Source: Chromera velia
Taxonomy: Eukaryota
DNA: 49,899 nt
Direction: 5' to 3'
Assembly (NCBI GenBank): GCA_018398765.1
Contig: JAHBMJ010000327.1
Span: 1-49,899, forward strand
Shown piece after piece: positions 12,465-26,188 of the stretch (position 1 is its first letter; every line of letters begins with the position of its first letter). Made by a program: the position numbers and the translations under genes. The notes beneath the pieces were generated by a model. It was given only the letters and a program-made list of their open reading frames with translations, did no database searches and had not been told where the DNA came from.

Positions 12465-15042
12465 ATGCCGCCACAGTTTCCTGGCTGCTCAACTGGTGCA
12501 GACTTCCTCCAATATTGGGAGGACCAGCTGCAGCGCCACGGCATTCCCTGTAAACCAGCATTCAGTGCAACTCTCGCACGAAGGCTGACACAGTGTTTCA
12601 GAAGCGGGGAGGTAGACGGCAACAGGCGGTTGTTCAACTGCCTTCGCGGTTTATCTGAGGCGGTTGTGAAGAGAACCGCCAGCAGTTTCTCCGTCTCCCA
12701 ATTTGCAGCAGTCCTCCACTCATTTGCCTCCCTGAAGTACCTTAACAAAGAGTTCCTTGAATTCTTCAAGCACAACCTAGACACGTTTTTGCTGGACGCA
12801 GAGACGCATCACCTGTCCACGCTCACCTGGGCCCTTGCAACTTTCCAATCAGCATCCAAACTTAGCGGGGGGCTTTTATCCTCCCCCCCCTTTTCCCCCT
12901 TACAGCTTCGTCCCTTGCTGACCCGATTAGACAATGAAAGCTTTTTTCTGTGTGCCTTCGGAAGCCCCCGAGAGATCTCAACGGTCCTGTGGGCACTCGC
13001 AAAACTCAAATTCCCTGCGCCGCAGACTCTGTACGCACTGGACAGAACTGCGAAGGACTTTGTGGCCTCTGCCTCTCCGCGGGATGTGTCAGAAGTCCTG
13101 TACGCAGTCGCTCAGATCTCGTCTCACTGTGAAACTATGAGTGAGACTGACAGGAAGAACGGGCACGAGACAGAGGGGAAGGATGGGGGAGGAAACGAAG
13201 ATGAAAGAGAGAAGGAGAACGAGAGGAATGGAGGGAATCTGAGAGAGGGAGGCGAGGCTCAGGAAGAGAACAGAGGTGAGAGAGGAAATATGGGGGAGGG
13301 AAGAAAGCAGGGGGGCGAGATTGAGAGAGGCGGTATGAGGGAAGGGGGAGAGTCAGAGGGTCAGAAGGAGAGAGGGGACAACAGAAAGAAAGGGGAAGAG
13401 AGACATTCAGAAGGCCCATCTCCAAAGCGGTCACTCCCCTTCTCCTACAAGTTCGAACGTCCGAATCCTCTCGTATCTGCCCTTGACGCAGTACTTGAAA
13501 GGGTGGTTGAGGAAGGCACAATGCAGGATGTGGGTAACACCGCATGGGCTCTGTGCACTTTGATTCCTGGTTTGGGCACTGTTTGTGTGCCTCAGTTGAC
13601 TTCCGATGTTCGATCGTTCTTCACTGCCGTAGATCGTCAGGCAGAGTGGCTTCTGTCGACAACAAATCGGCAGGAGTTGCTGAATCTCCTCTGGTCGTGT
13701 GTGGGCTTACAGGTCCATTTTTTGGTCGATCGTTTCCTCCAGGGGGTGCAGGTTTCCCCTTGGTGTATCCTTCCAGGCCCCAACCCCAGTGATGTCTCGA
13801 TGGGCCTGGCGTCGTTGGTCAAATTATACCGTAGTCCGTTTGCATGGTTTTTGGAGATTGAGAAAGATCCCGAGCTGGTATTGGGGGGGGATGCGCAGAC
13901 TTTGATGAATGTCGTTTGGTCGTTTGCGCATAGGGACATAGTGGTACCTGGTCTTTTCACAGCAGTAGACAGAGAGGCAGGTGAGAGGATTGTGAGAACT
14001 GGACAGGCTAAGCACATCTGCTCGGTTGCATAGGCATTTGCTTATACGGGGCAGCGGGGTGAGAATTTTTTCCGTGCTTTGTGTGGAGATAGGCCGGAAG
14101 CAGCAGTGGGAACTCATCCGTTGACGGCTTCAGGCATGCGAGGTGAGTTGATCAGCAGGTCGTTCCCGTCAGACGCCGCGCAGATTCTCTGGGGGTTGAC
14201 AGTCAGGGGTGAGCGGAAATTGTTGTTTGAGGAAGCAGCGCGGGACTTCTGGATGTGTGCTGTGTCGGGTGGGATGGGCGATTTGAGTGAGGAGAGAACA
14301 AGAAAAAGGTTGGGGGATTTGAGTGAGGAGAACAAGAGACAGCTGGGACACGTTCTGTTGATCTTGCAGGTAGAGCGGCCTTCCCTTCTTCAGTTCATTC
14401 AAGAAAAAACGCCTTCTTGGATGTTGAATGCGTTGCTTAGAGCTGTACACACGGAACCAGAGCCCTTCGTTTCTTCAGCACAGGCAGAAGTATCGGCGTT
14501 TTTGAGGAAATTCGGGTGGACTCATGAAGACGAAGTGAACCCATTTGCTGTAAAGACAAAGATAAAGAGAGACTCTGAGGTGAAGGGAGAGGTGAAAAGA
14601 GAGGTGAAGAGAGAGGAAGATGAGAAATCTTAAGGGCCCCCGGGGAGTGGTGAAGGATGAAAAGCCGCTGCTTGGGGGTTCCACTTCCGATGCGCCCCGG
14701 TCTTTTTTTTTCATTGACATGGGAGACGTAGAGAAGAAAAAGGGTGTAGAGGTCAACGGCCCCTTTCATTTTTTGCGCACACCCGAAGGAATCTGGACAG
14801 AGGATCGCACAGGCTCTACGCAGTGTAAAGCGCGTCTGCTTCGTGCACTCGGGTGGGATGTTGTTGAGGCCACCGTGAGAGAGGTAGAGGACTTGAGAGA
14901 CAAGAAGGCAGGACAAAACCAAACAAATAGTAACGACTCTAAAATTTTGGACTCGAGGAATCTCACTTACACGGTGACGAACATGGAGGCTTTGCAGCAA
15001 CAAGAGAGAATTACCAAGAGGGGCGATGAATTGACGGCCTGA
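12465..15042 (+). pseudogene. RAP-domain helical-repeat (OPR/HPR/FASTK-like) RNA-binding protein gene, interrupted by an in-frame TAG (14031-14033) and a frame break near 14550-14634
   Basis: Repeats LSTLTWALATF, ISTVLWALAKL, VGNTAWALCTL, LMNVVWSFAHR and ICSVA*AFAY. RAP domain SSAQAEVSAFLRKFGW...FIDMGDVEKKKGVEVNGPFHF...TGSTQCKARLLRALGWDVV. The frame continues past the TAG. Could be functional if recoded (see findings). Confidence 0.75.
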
Positions 15043-16116
15043 AGAATTGAGGCAAGCGACTGCATGGGGCTGCATGGGGCTGCACGGACTTATCGCCACC
15101 TAAAAGCCGGATCAGATGCCAAGCATTTGTCACTTTCACGAATCGGGTGCCTTCCATTGATGGTGAAGTTGCCAAGGGAAGAAGGAGATGGGAGACGGTA
15201 AATAGGGGAGACGGCATATTCCAAAGAAGGGGCACAGAACACGAGGACAAGAGTAAGAGGGGCAGGAGGAAGCCAATTCCACAGGTTAATGACAACTTTG
15301 ATAGAGAATTCTAGAGAGAATTAATGTTGCTCAAGCATCGATACATCGCGATCGATGACAAATACTGTAAGAGTACCATCCTTGCATGCACACTCACTAT
15401 TCTTCCAGACTGAACTCCCTGACATGCCTCTATGTGTAAGGAAATCAAGAGAAACGCTGAGCAAATACTTTATTATCTGAAAATGAAAAGAAAATGGTGA
15501 AAGGCTTTTTAAAGATTGTAGGTCTAGCCATATTTAGAAGAGCAGAGTCTTAGACAGCCCAGCCAAGAAAGAGACCTACGGGGACCGGAGATGGTTCAAA
15601 GGAGACGAGAGTCTATGCGCGCTAGTATAAAAATACAAGACTAAGAGGAGCATTGACAGCCAGCTGTGCCAAGAAAAGTGAAAGTACAGAGCTATTGGCA
15701 TCACTGTAAAGCAGATCGAAGGCAGAGAGATGGTTGTGCATGCAAGGGGCTCAGGAATGTGCTGTCCAAACTGGCACTGCAGGAGTCAGCACGATCGAGT
15801 CGAATCGTTGCGGCGGCGCCTTACATGCATGCATGGCCGGCCCCCGCGCGCGGCGCACATGCACGTTGTTTGCTGGATGAGTTTTGATTTGGAATTTTCG
15901 ACCGGCCATCATGCCATGTGCACTGACAGTGGTTTGTTTGATTCTGCAGAATGTCCTTCCAGCAGATCTTTCCTTGCCTAGTCAAAACATCCCTGACTGC
16001 TCTGAGGATCACCTTGGAACGAATAATGATCTGAAACAACAGTGGTTGAGCCTTTTTGTCTTTAATTGTCTCTGGAATCTCCTCTGTCTGTACATACTTC
16101 TTTATTACTCCCGGCC

Positions 16117-19100
16117 ATGACAGAACTGAGCCCATCTGCAACACGAAACCGGCACTTTCTATCGGAGTCTGCAGTTCAACGAGAGAAACCCGACTGGCTG
16201 CTGGGTGCATCAGCTCCCCAGACCTTCCGGGCGTTTCGTGAATCAGCAGACGCCTTCAACACATGCAGAGCAACAGTGCACCCACCTGTCCCAAAGCCAG
16301 ACTCAGCCAGAGGAGCACCGTCCTTAGAAGCTCGACATCCCGTACTTGAGCTGAACATTGCCGTACCACAGCCTGGGACTGAAGCAGACGATGTCTGGGT
16401 GCCCAAGCAGCACTGTGCGTTGCGAGCAACACTCCCCTTACAGACAAGCAGACAGCCCCACCGACTGCCTGTCACAGGGGACAATAGAAGCAACAAGATC
16501 TCAGGCTTGCCTCCTTCAATGCCTGCAAGACCGTACAAAGGAGCATCCCCAAGAAGAATTGATCAGCAATTCCACGTACCTCAGGACTCGCATGCAACAA
16601 CACAAGTTAGTGGTGGACATCCGTCTACAGGGGGGGGGGGCGGAGGTGGCATTTGCAGGGCAAGCAGAACAGTTACCTCTCTGTCTCCCCCCCCCAACGG
16701 ACGAGTGTTCCGACAGCCCCTCGAATGTGGGGAGTGGTTGGAGGCCCAGCCCATTGACGAACAGGCGCCGCCTGGCCACGTCTTCCGTCGAAAGCAGGGC
16801 GGGGAGGGGGGAGATGTAACGCGAGCCCAAATGAATGAGATCATTTCCCTACTTCAGTCAGACCCCACCGAAAAGACAATGGTACCGTCACAGAATCCTG
16901 AAAGCACGTCTGTACTTCCGAACCCTACAGACACCCTAGCAGACCTCCAAGTCGCCCTTGAGAGGTTCGTTGGAGAGAATGCACGGGTCCCGCCAAACGA
17001 CCTTTCGGCCCTGGCTGCTCTTCTTGCAGCACAGGCAGCAGCAGAGGAGGACGGATCTCGGTCATCTTCTTCAATTCAACAGGTACAGGGAGTAGAGAAG
17101 AATTCAGAGAGCACGCGTATTCCGGAGGTTTTTCTGGCTGACCGCGTGTGCACAGTCAGCGAGACAGAAAGGGAAAAGGGGAAGCGTCTTCCCCAGACGA
17201 CAGAGGATCAACGTTTTGTATCACCATCTTATCCCCAAACCTTTCCACTTAGAGGAGCCCATGAGCCACGGGCCCCCAGCTCATCTGCCGAGAACCCCCC
17301 GGCCTCTTCCCTTTCAAGGATCCTTGACGCACGCAGACCACCCGAGTTGCTCCCATCCCACACGTCCCCCAATACTGTGGGGGTGTCTGTGGGAGGGAGG
17401 GATGCTGAGGGACACAGGATGGACATGAGCCCCCTGGTGGAGCAGTCAGAGTGCAGGGTGGGTGTACGAGTCAGACTGCCAGAAAGAAGGGCAGGGCATG
17501 CACTGGCCCCTTTGTGTGCTTCTCCTGTCGGTATTCCTTCCTCCACTACTGCAGACGGCCTCCCGAGGACGTCCCTTGAGCGCAGGGATGACCGGGGTGA
17601 GGTTCCTGTACTTCCACTAGAGGGGGTGAACTGCCGGTCCCAAAAGGCAGATGTGCGGAGTCCGTGGGTGTCTTGTAAAGCGGCAGTGGGGATTGGTCAA
17701 TCGAACAGGAAAATCACTGCACGAGTGAGCGTCCGTAAGAACGAACAGCCCACTGCAGCAGGTCAACAGGCCGAGCCTTCTCCTGTCGCTGAGGAGACGG
17801 CAACACCCGAATTCCCTCAGAGACAGAGAGAGTCAGAGGGAAGCAGGGTGAAAGTCTCGACTTTAGGTCTTTTTGAGGAGGCAGAACAACGGGGCTGTTG
17901 GTCTGAGGGGGGCCCGTCATCACACATTCCACAGCAGTTTGTCCAGACACCAGACGGACGGGACCCTTTTCAGGTCCCCCTCTCCAGCAGCAGCCCCCTT
18001 CCAGACATTGCAACCCCCCCTTCTCTCACTAGTCGGCACCATCCGAGAGAACTCACGCAGGTAGAGGTCACTCTGAGGGGGGGAGAATCTTCGTCTACCT
18101 CTATGGAAGAGGTCATGCAGAGACGTGAGGGGGGAAGTGCCTCCTTTCTCCCCCCTCCCTCCCACCCCTCTCAAAACTCCACTCACATTCAACCATCTAC
18201 CCACATTGGAGTAGAGACTGGCAGTGAGGAAGAGGCGGGAGAGACGGAGGGCAGGCAGGGACCCTTCGCGGTGCTCCGGTCACTCCCCATACCCCCTCAC
18301 CCTGGAAGGCCAGAAGTCAAGGAAGGGAACCTGTGTGGGCATGAGAGGCGTCTCGCAGAAAGCGCAGAGGCGTTTGCCGAATCAGAGAGGATGAAGAGAA
18401 GCGAAGAGGAAGGATCGGTCAGTCCGCCTGCATGCGGAGCTGCGAAGCCCTCTTTGTTGTATGCCATATGCCTCCTCCCTGACTGTTCATTTTGGTCAAA
18501 GGAGCGTAGCTCTGCACTTTCTTTCTCTCATTCCTTTTCCGGTGTCGCATTTTTTGTTCTTTCCTGAGATGCATTCATTCTTTCTAACGTACTTGGGAGT
18601 CAGGACGACAAATGTTGACACAAGAACGCGTTCCTGTATAATATCGTAGAAACTCTTCCTCGCTCTCTTGCAGGCCCATTTTGGAAACACGAACAGCAGC
18701 AGTGAAGATCAAAGGAGTCCCTCTCATCAGACGGCAGAGGTCGGTCTTTGGACTCAATTAAGGAGGCACGTGATCTTGCTGGAATGCAAACTGGATCTCT
18801 TTTTGGGAGTGGGCGGAATTTTCTCTATGCGCTCTCCTTCTTGTTTTCTCTTCAAGCAGCGTGCTTGCATCAAGAGAAAACTCTTCAATGTCTCCCATAT
18901 GGCATCTGCGTGACTTCCTTTCTTACACAAACAGTCGACATGCTCACACACATTCACATATGTGAGAATTAAGCATTTACTGTGCCCCACGATCATTTTG
19001 TGTCAATCTGCCTCTCTCCCTGCATGCCTGTCTCTCTGTCTGTCTCTCTGTCAACGTATAGTCTGTCTGTCTGGAAACATAGTCTGTCTGTAACATGTGT

Positions 19101-22100
19101 GCAGGTCCGTATTGAGATGGGCAGTCCCTCGATGGTCACTCCCACATTCCGGCAGATGAACAAACAAGGACAAGGACAAGGACAGGCCGAGGCCCAGTCA
19201 AAGCCGTCCCTCCCCTCTCAACACCCCGCCCTCCGTCCTCAAATGTCTGGCCTCCACACCCCCACAGCCCCACCACTGAACGATGAGAGGTCCTCCCACG
19301 TCCCTCCTCCTCCGTCTAGGTCGGGGGGTTCTCAGAGAAGTGCGCGGGAAGCTGTGAGATCTGAGGAGCAGTCGATGCTTCCAGATGGGTGTGAAGAGAG
19401 AGACGGCGGAGTGGCACGCGGATTGCCCGCTTTGGGTTTCGGTGGGGGAGGAGGGAGTGATCAGATTTGTAGATCACATTCTGGTTGGAGCGGCCAGCCT
19501 GTGGTGGGAGGACAGGGAGACATTCGCGGAAATGCTCCGCGTCTCAATGGAGGAGGGGTGGAGGAGCAGGCCCAGCAGAGCAACGTGAGGGTGCGAGTGA
19601 GAATCGACACAGCCACAGGGCCCACCGCCTCACTCTCCAACTCTGCTGAGGAATTGCAGGCCTCTGTAACCATTGCTTCCCCGACTTGTCGCAAAGCAGC
19701 AGAAGGAGACGGTTATGAGGGGGAAGGGGAGCGCAAGGGCGCCTCGGGTATGAAGGAAGAAGAAGAAGAAGACGAAGAGGCAGAAGTTCACCCCGCAGAT
19801 TTGATTGCAGAGCGCATCCTGAGAGAGGAGGGTAACAGACATTCCCTGAAAAGAGTAAGAGATCAGGACCAAGCGAATGAAGGCAACAGCAGCAGCAGGG
19901 CCACAGGGGGAGAAAGGTCAAGTCCGTCTCAGAGGACGGTCTCGGTGCCGCGTCGATCGAGAAATTTGCCTCAGACAAGGGAAAGGGAAAGGCACGTGCC
20001 AGCCCCGGAAACACGAAGGTCAGCCAGTGGAATTTTCATGAGATCAACTCTCTCTCTTTCTCACTTGTTGCTCACTTGTGATTTTTCCACGGTGCTCTGC
20101 AGTCAACACGTCAAGACAGCAAAGCGTGTCGGCAAGCATGCATGAAGTTTCTCGTCGTTTCATTCTTAACAATAAAGATTGGCTGCAAAGTGAGCGTCTA
20201 GCTGCACAGTCTGTTCACCAAATGACTTCCTCTTCGTGCTGTGCCTTCTCTTGTTGCAGGACAGAGGAGTTTCAGGCAAACCAGTCGTTTGTCCCAAGCG
20301 TTCCAATGAGTGTCCCAAAGGAAAGTCACGTTTCGGCTTTCGGGCCCGTCACGCGTCTTCCAGTGGCGTCTTTGGACCTCCACGCAGGGGCCCAGCTGTC
20401 CTCTCGTTCTTCCTGCAAGTCCCTCGATGAGCTCCAGGGCATCATTGCAAAGGCCCAGAGAACCTACAGAGATTTCGTTGACGCCTCTGCAGCCTCATCG
20501 AAAGTGTTGGAAGCAGCAGGGGGAAAAGACAGCTCCTCCTCCAGCCAACCCAGGCGTCTCCGCTCGTCTGAAGACTCAAAGGAGCCTCGAAGGGAGCAAC
20601 CAGAACTCCCTGAGACCCGACCCTCCCCTCGATGCGTCCTTACTCAACAGCAGTTGCAAGACAGTGTAGGGGTCCTGCAAATAGACCCAACTCAGGACAT
20701 CCCCTGTTGGATTGTCTGCTCTCCGAAAGAGTCTCTAGAAGAGCAAACGGAGGCCAGGCAGACTCACACCATCACCGACGAGGTCCCTCCCCCCACCGCC
20801 TGTCCAGCCATTGCCTGCCGTCCCGCTGATGGATCTGCCCTTTATGAAGATGGAGAGTCACCCAGACGTCTCTGTCCTCCCCGATCTCCTCAGAGACCTG
20901 CAGCACTTTCTTTGGCTCTCCCAGAGACGCGCACACCTCCAGCAAGCATTGTGAAGGTACGGGGGGCATCGAAGAATCAACCCTGTCGGGGACTCACAAA
21001 CATTTTGCCTTCGGAGTGCCACACTGGGGTACGAGAGCAGCCGGATGGATTTCAAAGTCAGCATCCACTCCACCTAAACCGTGCCCAACACCAAAGTGAA
21101 TCGCCCCCCATGAACATCTTCATCAACCACGACCAAAGTCCCACAGTCCCTGTAGGTCAGTCAATCCCTGAAGACCCCCTCTCCTCCCCGCACTATCCGA
21201 ACAGCGTTGCAGTAAGGGACCAGAGACACTCTGTAGTCTGTAACCCCCCCCCACCTCATCCTCCTGGTGCTCAGAGGGAAGGATTGATGGCAACATCCGA
21301 GACGATGCGCGCTTCTGCGTGTGTCTCGGAAGAGACAGTGCACCATCACACCATCCCACCACACGCGTTGGCCGTGCCCACTCCGCCAGAAACCCGGCCT
21401 TGCTGTGTTCCCGACAGTGGAAGGCCACTTCCCCTGTCCTTTCAGCCCACTGAAAGGAAAGCAAAAGCACGTCCAGTAGGGTCGTCTGGCAGCCCTTTAC
21501 AGGCCCACGTACACTTCCTGCCTCCTGCAGGGGCCACATCTGAAGAGCTGGGACAGAGACAGCTTCGGTGCACGTCTCCGGGCTCAACCTCTCTCCGGAT
21601 GTCCCCTGTCTTGTCTTCTCGAGGTTCGCCTCCGAGAAGAAGAGATGAGAGGAGAGACGGGCCGCGAGGGAAATTATGGGCAGGGCTGAAAGAGGAGGAA
21701 GGAGCAAAATCCTTTTTGCTACCTCCAAGTCACTCACCCTCTACGCCTCCTCCCCCCTTGTCTGCACAGCACAGCGGGAGCAGGTCCAGGAGGGAAAGCG
21801 CAGCAGAGCAGAGGAGGGCGTGTGCACGACTTTCATCAGGGGCTTCTTCAGTCAAAGTCCCCCCCCCTTCTTCGTCTCCCACCCGGTCCATCCCGCCGTC
21901 ATCAGCAGCTAGAGCAACGAAGAGCCGTGCCACAGGCATTGACCCTCAACCATCCGCAGTCCGCTCTTCCTCTGCAGTCACAGCCCCACTCTCCACCTCC
22001 GCCTGCAGCAGAACCCCTCCACCCCGACAGAATCGAACCTCGATCCTCAGAGCTTCACAAGGAAGACAGTCAAGGTATTCCGGAGAAGGAACGGAAACCC

Positions 22101-25100
22101 CAGGAGCAGGTGGAACGACACCCAAGTCCTCCAAGAGCCGTCTCTCCGTCTCCCTATCAAAGAACCTCTCAGAAAAGTCAATCCCTATCGCAGACACTCT
22201 CAGTCAGTCTGCAAAGTGGAAAAATGATTCCCCCTTCCCGACCGCTTCCCCTCTGCACGCATCCTGTCCGCGAAAGATGACCTCCTCTTCCCCCTCTTTC
22301 CCGCCGCCTGTCCCTTCAGGCGCAGCAGAAGGAGGAGATACATTGCCGTATCATATGAGGGTGTCTCAGGGTGGGTTGAAAGGAGGGCAGAGGGGAGGGG
22401 GAAAGGGAACCGAGGGACATGCACACAGACTGGTAAGGTCAATGAGTGATGGCCACTACCTCACGCACAACCTAGAAGGACTGGAGAGAAACTCGAGATC
22501 TCAACGTCAGCACGATCTGAGTCTCTTGTACAGTTCCCCCGGTTCCTCCTCCTCTCCCAGACCCAGGGGGGCAATCAGGGAAGATACCCCTCGTTCTGTG
22601 CGGATAGAGGAAGAAAGTCAAGCATTGCAGAAGAGCAACAAGGAGGGAGATGCATTTGGAGAGCGTTTATTGACAGAGACGACTGTGCAAGGAGGATGCA
22701 CAGAGAGAACACAGGGGCCTGAAGCAGCAGCACCAGCAGTGCGAATGGAGACCCTTTCCATCTCGGCAGGCCCCAATTCTCCTTCCCGTTCCCCTTCCAG
22801 GAAGAGTCTGAGTCCCTCTAGGAACATCTCTCGATGCAGCAGTCGGCAGAGTCTGGCCAAGTCTGTCCAGATTAGTCCACGGCACACAGAGATGAGAGAA
22901 ACAAAAGGCGAACAGGACTTGGGTGATGTCGTCTATCCAGTCTCTGATGCAAACTCATGTGAGGACTCGGGGTCGTCTCCTCATGAGGCACTCACCCATT
23001 CTCCCACAGAGGAAAAGAGGCCCATGACCCCCACGTCATTTGCAGCCCGGGTGCGAAGCCAGAGCTCTGGAAGCGCTCTGTCTCAATCAGCGCGTGGGCC
23101 CGGAAAACCAATTCTGAGCTCTCCCAACCCTCAAAGTTCCCAGCCACTGCCCACCGATATGGTTGTAACCACTGAGGCCCCCGTGCTGTTTCGCGCTGCT
23201 TCCTTCTCTTCTCTTCCGCAGAAAGAAGGAGAGTTGGGAACAGAAGGAGCAGCGGGAGGGGGCATTGGTCCTGCAGAGTCACCGTGTTCTTCTGCACGAC
23301 ACCCCCCTGAGCAATGCGATCAAGGAGGTTCTCCAAGGAAAGCGCAGCCTTCCGGTTCGACTGAGCCCCCAACACCATACTTTCCGCCGAGGGAAAGGGC
23401 TACCAAAGGCAGTGCTTCCGAGAGACTCAACGTGCCCCCCCTCATCCTGTCTCCAAGTCGGAGAGGGCGTCAAGAAAGGACGGCTTCTCTGCCCCCCCAC
23501 CCGAGGTCTGAGAGAGTGTACACAGAGAAACCACAGTCAGAAAGACTGGAGAGGGCAGAGACTGAAGGCCCAGGCTTATCGATTGACAACGAGACTCCTG
23601 TGATCCGCCCTCTGACCTTCAGAGTCACACCCCACCCCGGTAGTCCAAAAAGAAACCAAACTTCCCCTCCGCGTCACCCCTGTTGCCTCATTCCAAAAGA
23701 CATGTCACCCCCGCACTCCCCACGAGGACTTGAGATCCTGGCAGACGTTGTCGAACGCACTCTCTCCCCTCAACCCGAGAGACCCCAGGCAGTGTCCATC
23801 CCCACCAGCCCCAACTCACAAATGTCCTACCGATACATCCCGCCTTCTACCGACGCTCACATGATCCGTTCTACCCCCATCATGTCTCTTGCAGCCACAG
23901 CATGGGATCAATTTGCACAAAATATTCCTCAAAACGCAAACGGCCCTCCCCCATCCTACCCCGCAAGCCGGCCAGCCTTAATGGCAGCAGCCGGGGTCAC
24001 TTCTGCTCCGTCTTCCCCCAATAGACACCAAGAGGATGCAAATAAAAGCCTGTCGAGACCGGAGTGTCCACCTGCTTCCTCCACCGGACGTGAGAACACT
24101 TCAGATCTTTTGAAAGAATTGAACAGGCTTCTGAGAGAAAAGAGAAGGAACCCTATGAGAAAAGTCGCCAGGCAAATTGCCGATCAACTCGTCACCCTGG
24201 CTTCCTCCGCGCGGAGTGACAATGAAAGAGGGGGAACAGCGGACGTGAGGGAAGACTGTCTTGTCAGCCGCTCTTCCTCTGGTACATACGGTCCCCCTCC
24301 CCCTCCCCCTCCCCTCTCTTCCTCTCGACGCAGGAGACTGACGGAAGACGTCACTGCCCGAAGAGGCGGAGGGAGGGGTGCGAGGACAGAGCGACTAGGA
24401 GCATCACTGCACAGTGCTAGGAGAAGATCAGTTCCCGACGCTCCTGCAACGTCACGAGACCGTCTCCCTCCCCGTCCCCGTCCGGTTCCACTTTCGTCTT
24501 CCAAATTTTCCCCTCCCCAACAGAGCAAGAGGGAGAAGGAGGCAACGACCAGACAGGTGCAACGAATATCAAGCAGAGTTCCCCTTCCTAGAGAAAAGAG
24601 CAGAAAGCAGAAGACAACAACACAGTCCCCTCCAACGTCTCCATCCAGGAGTCCACCTCAAATGACTCACGAAGGGCCGCGCGTAGACGTCTCTTCGAAG
24701 CCTCCCAAAGACTTCCGTACATCGTCCTCCTTCATTATTCCTCAACGAGACGGCACGAAGCTCAGGTCCCTAGATCGATGCCAGCCACTGCCCCATAAAG
24801 AGTCTCTCTCTCACGGTCACGATTGTTCTCAAAAGAAAGCCACAAGCCAAGGAGAGAACCCAAAGCTCAAATCCTCTCAGTTCATCATATCGAAGAGCAG
24901 CGTCACGGTCCCCGAAGGCAAATGTCTCCCATCAGATCCTGCCTTCAGTCCTCGATCCGTTCTCTCGATATACAAACCGGCAGCAGAGAGAAAGAGATCA
25001 ACCCAAGCTGCTGACAGACACGGCATGCACTCTTCTTCACAGGAGGATTCCACGGACCATCCAGTACCCGAAAATCCCCCCCCGTCCTCTTTCCGAATCC

Positions 25101-25702
25101 AACGCCCTTCTTTCTCCAGTCCCCCAAGAAATCCAGCAGCAAGATCAGCAGGAGGTGCCCCAAACGCACACGACCCATCGCCACTCCCTCCCTTCTCCCC
25201 CGCCCGATCTGTGCCTTTGGCCTCTGCTCAAAACGGAACCGTGCTCGTCTGGAAAGGACAAGTTCCAACCCCACAGAATTTTCCTCCGGCAGTGAAGGCA
25301 CTGGAGCGGCCTTCTCCATCCAGGGCCCCTTTCCCAATCCCTCAGGAGGCAACCGCAGCGGCTCAGGTTTTAGCTCGGTCTCGGCTCGGAGCGTCTCGAG
25401 AGGAAATCGCACAGACCCTTTCGCATTCCCCCCGCGTCTTCGGTCCCCCTGTTCCGATGGCTGTGGTTGGAGGATGGGCACCAAGTGCCCCTCCTGACAG
25501 ACCTTTTCTCCAAGCGAGCGTGCCTCCTCCCCCCGTCCGAGCTATGACTTCACACGTCCCTGCCCCCTTCTTCTCTTCAACCCAGATCGTCCCACGGGGT
25601 CCTCCTGGACCTTTTTCGCCTCCACTCTTCCTTTCGGCTGTCGCTGCCCCTCCATCAAGAGCCGTTGTCCTTCCATCTTTCAATTTCATTGGGCAACGAT
25701 AG
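16117..25702 (+). CDS. Very large (~2907 aa) Ser/Pro/Arg-rich, probably disordered hypothetical protein; exons 16117-18417, 18674-18739, 19105-20018, 20260-25702
   Basis: The ORFs of 833, 81, 387 and 1874 aa join through phase-consistent GT-AG introns (gtcagt 18418, gtcggt 18740, gtcagc 20019; acceptors ttgcag, gtgcag, ttgcag). Total 8724 nt, divisible by 3. No domain recognised. Confidence 0.75.
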
Positions 25703-26188
25703 CATTGATACATATGGAAACTCTTGATGAAAAAGGGATACAATTGATTATCAAATGCCTGTTTCTATGTGCCAGTGTTTTCATTCATTGTTTTTCAATT
25801 CTAAAATATCATTCACTATCTTCTTACACTTTTGCTTGGTATGAAACGTTTTTAAAATACATCGTTTTTAAAAAACTTTAGAACAAAAAAAAGAACAACA
25901 AAAATTTAAAAAAATGTTTAAAAATGTAAAAAAATTATTTTACAAATCTAGCAATAACAATCAATGGTAAACAGTGTTAAAATATGTTTAAAGAGAAAAC
26001 TAAATCGAAAAAACTATGCAGTATACTAGCTTTAAATGATACTGTTTACGCATTAAAACAAAGCTAGAAACACAGGCATTTAGACAATCTCCTAGAAATC
26101 TTCTACAGAAATTTTAAGAATTAAGACAGTTAAATCTAGTTAAATCTAGTTAAATCATATATAAGTCAAATCGGCTAAAATTAGTTAG

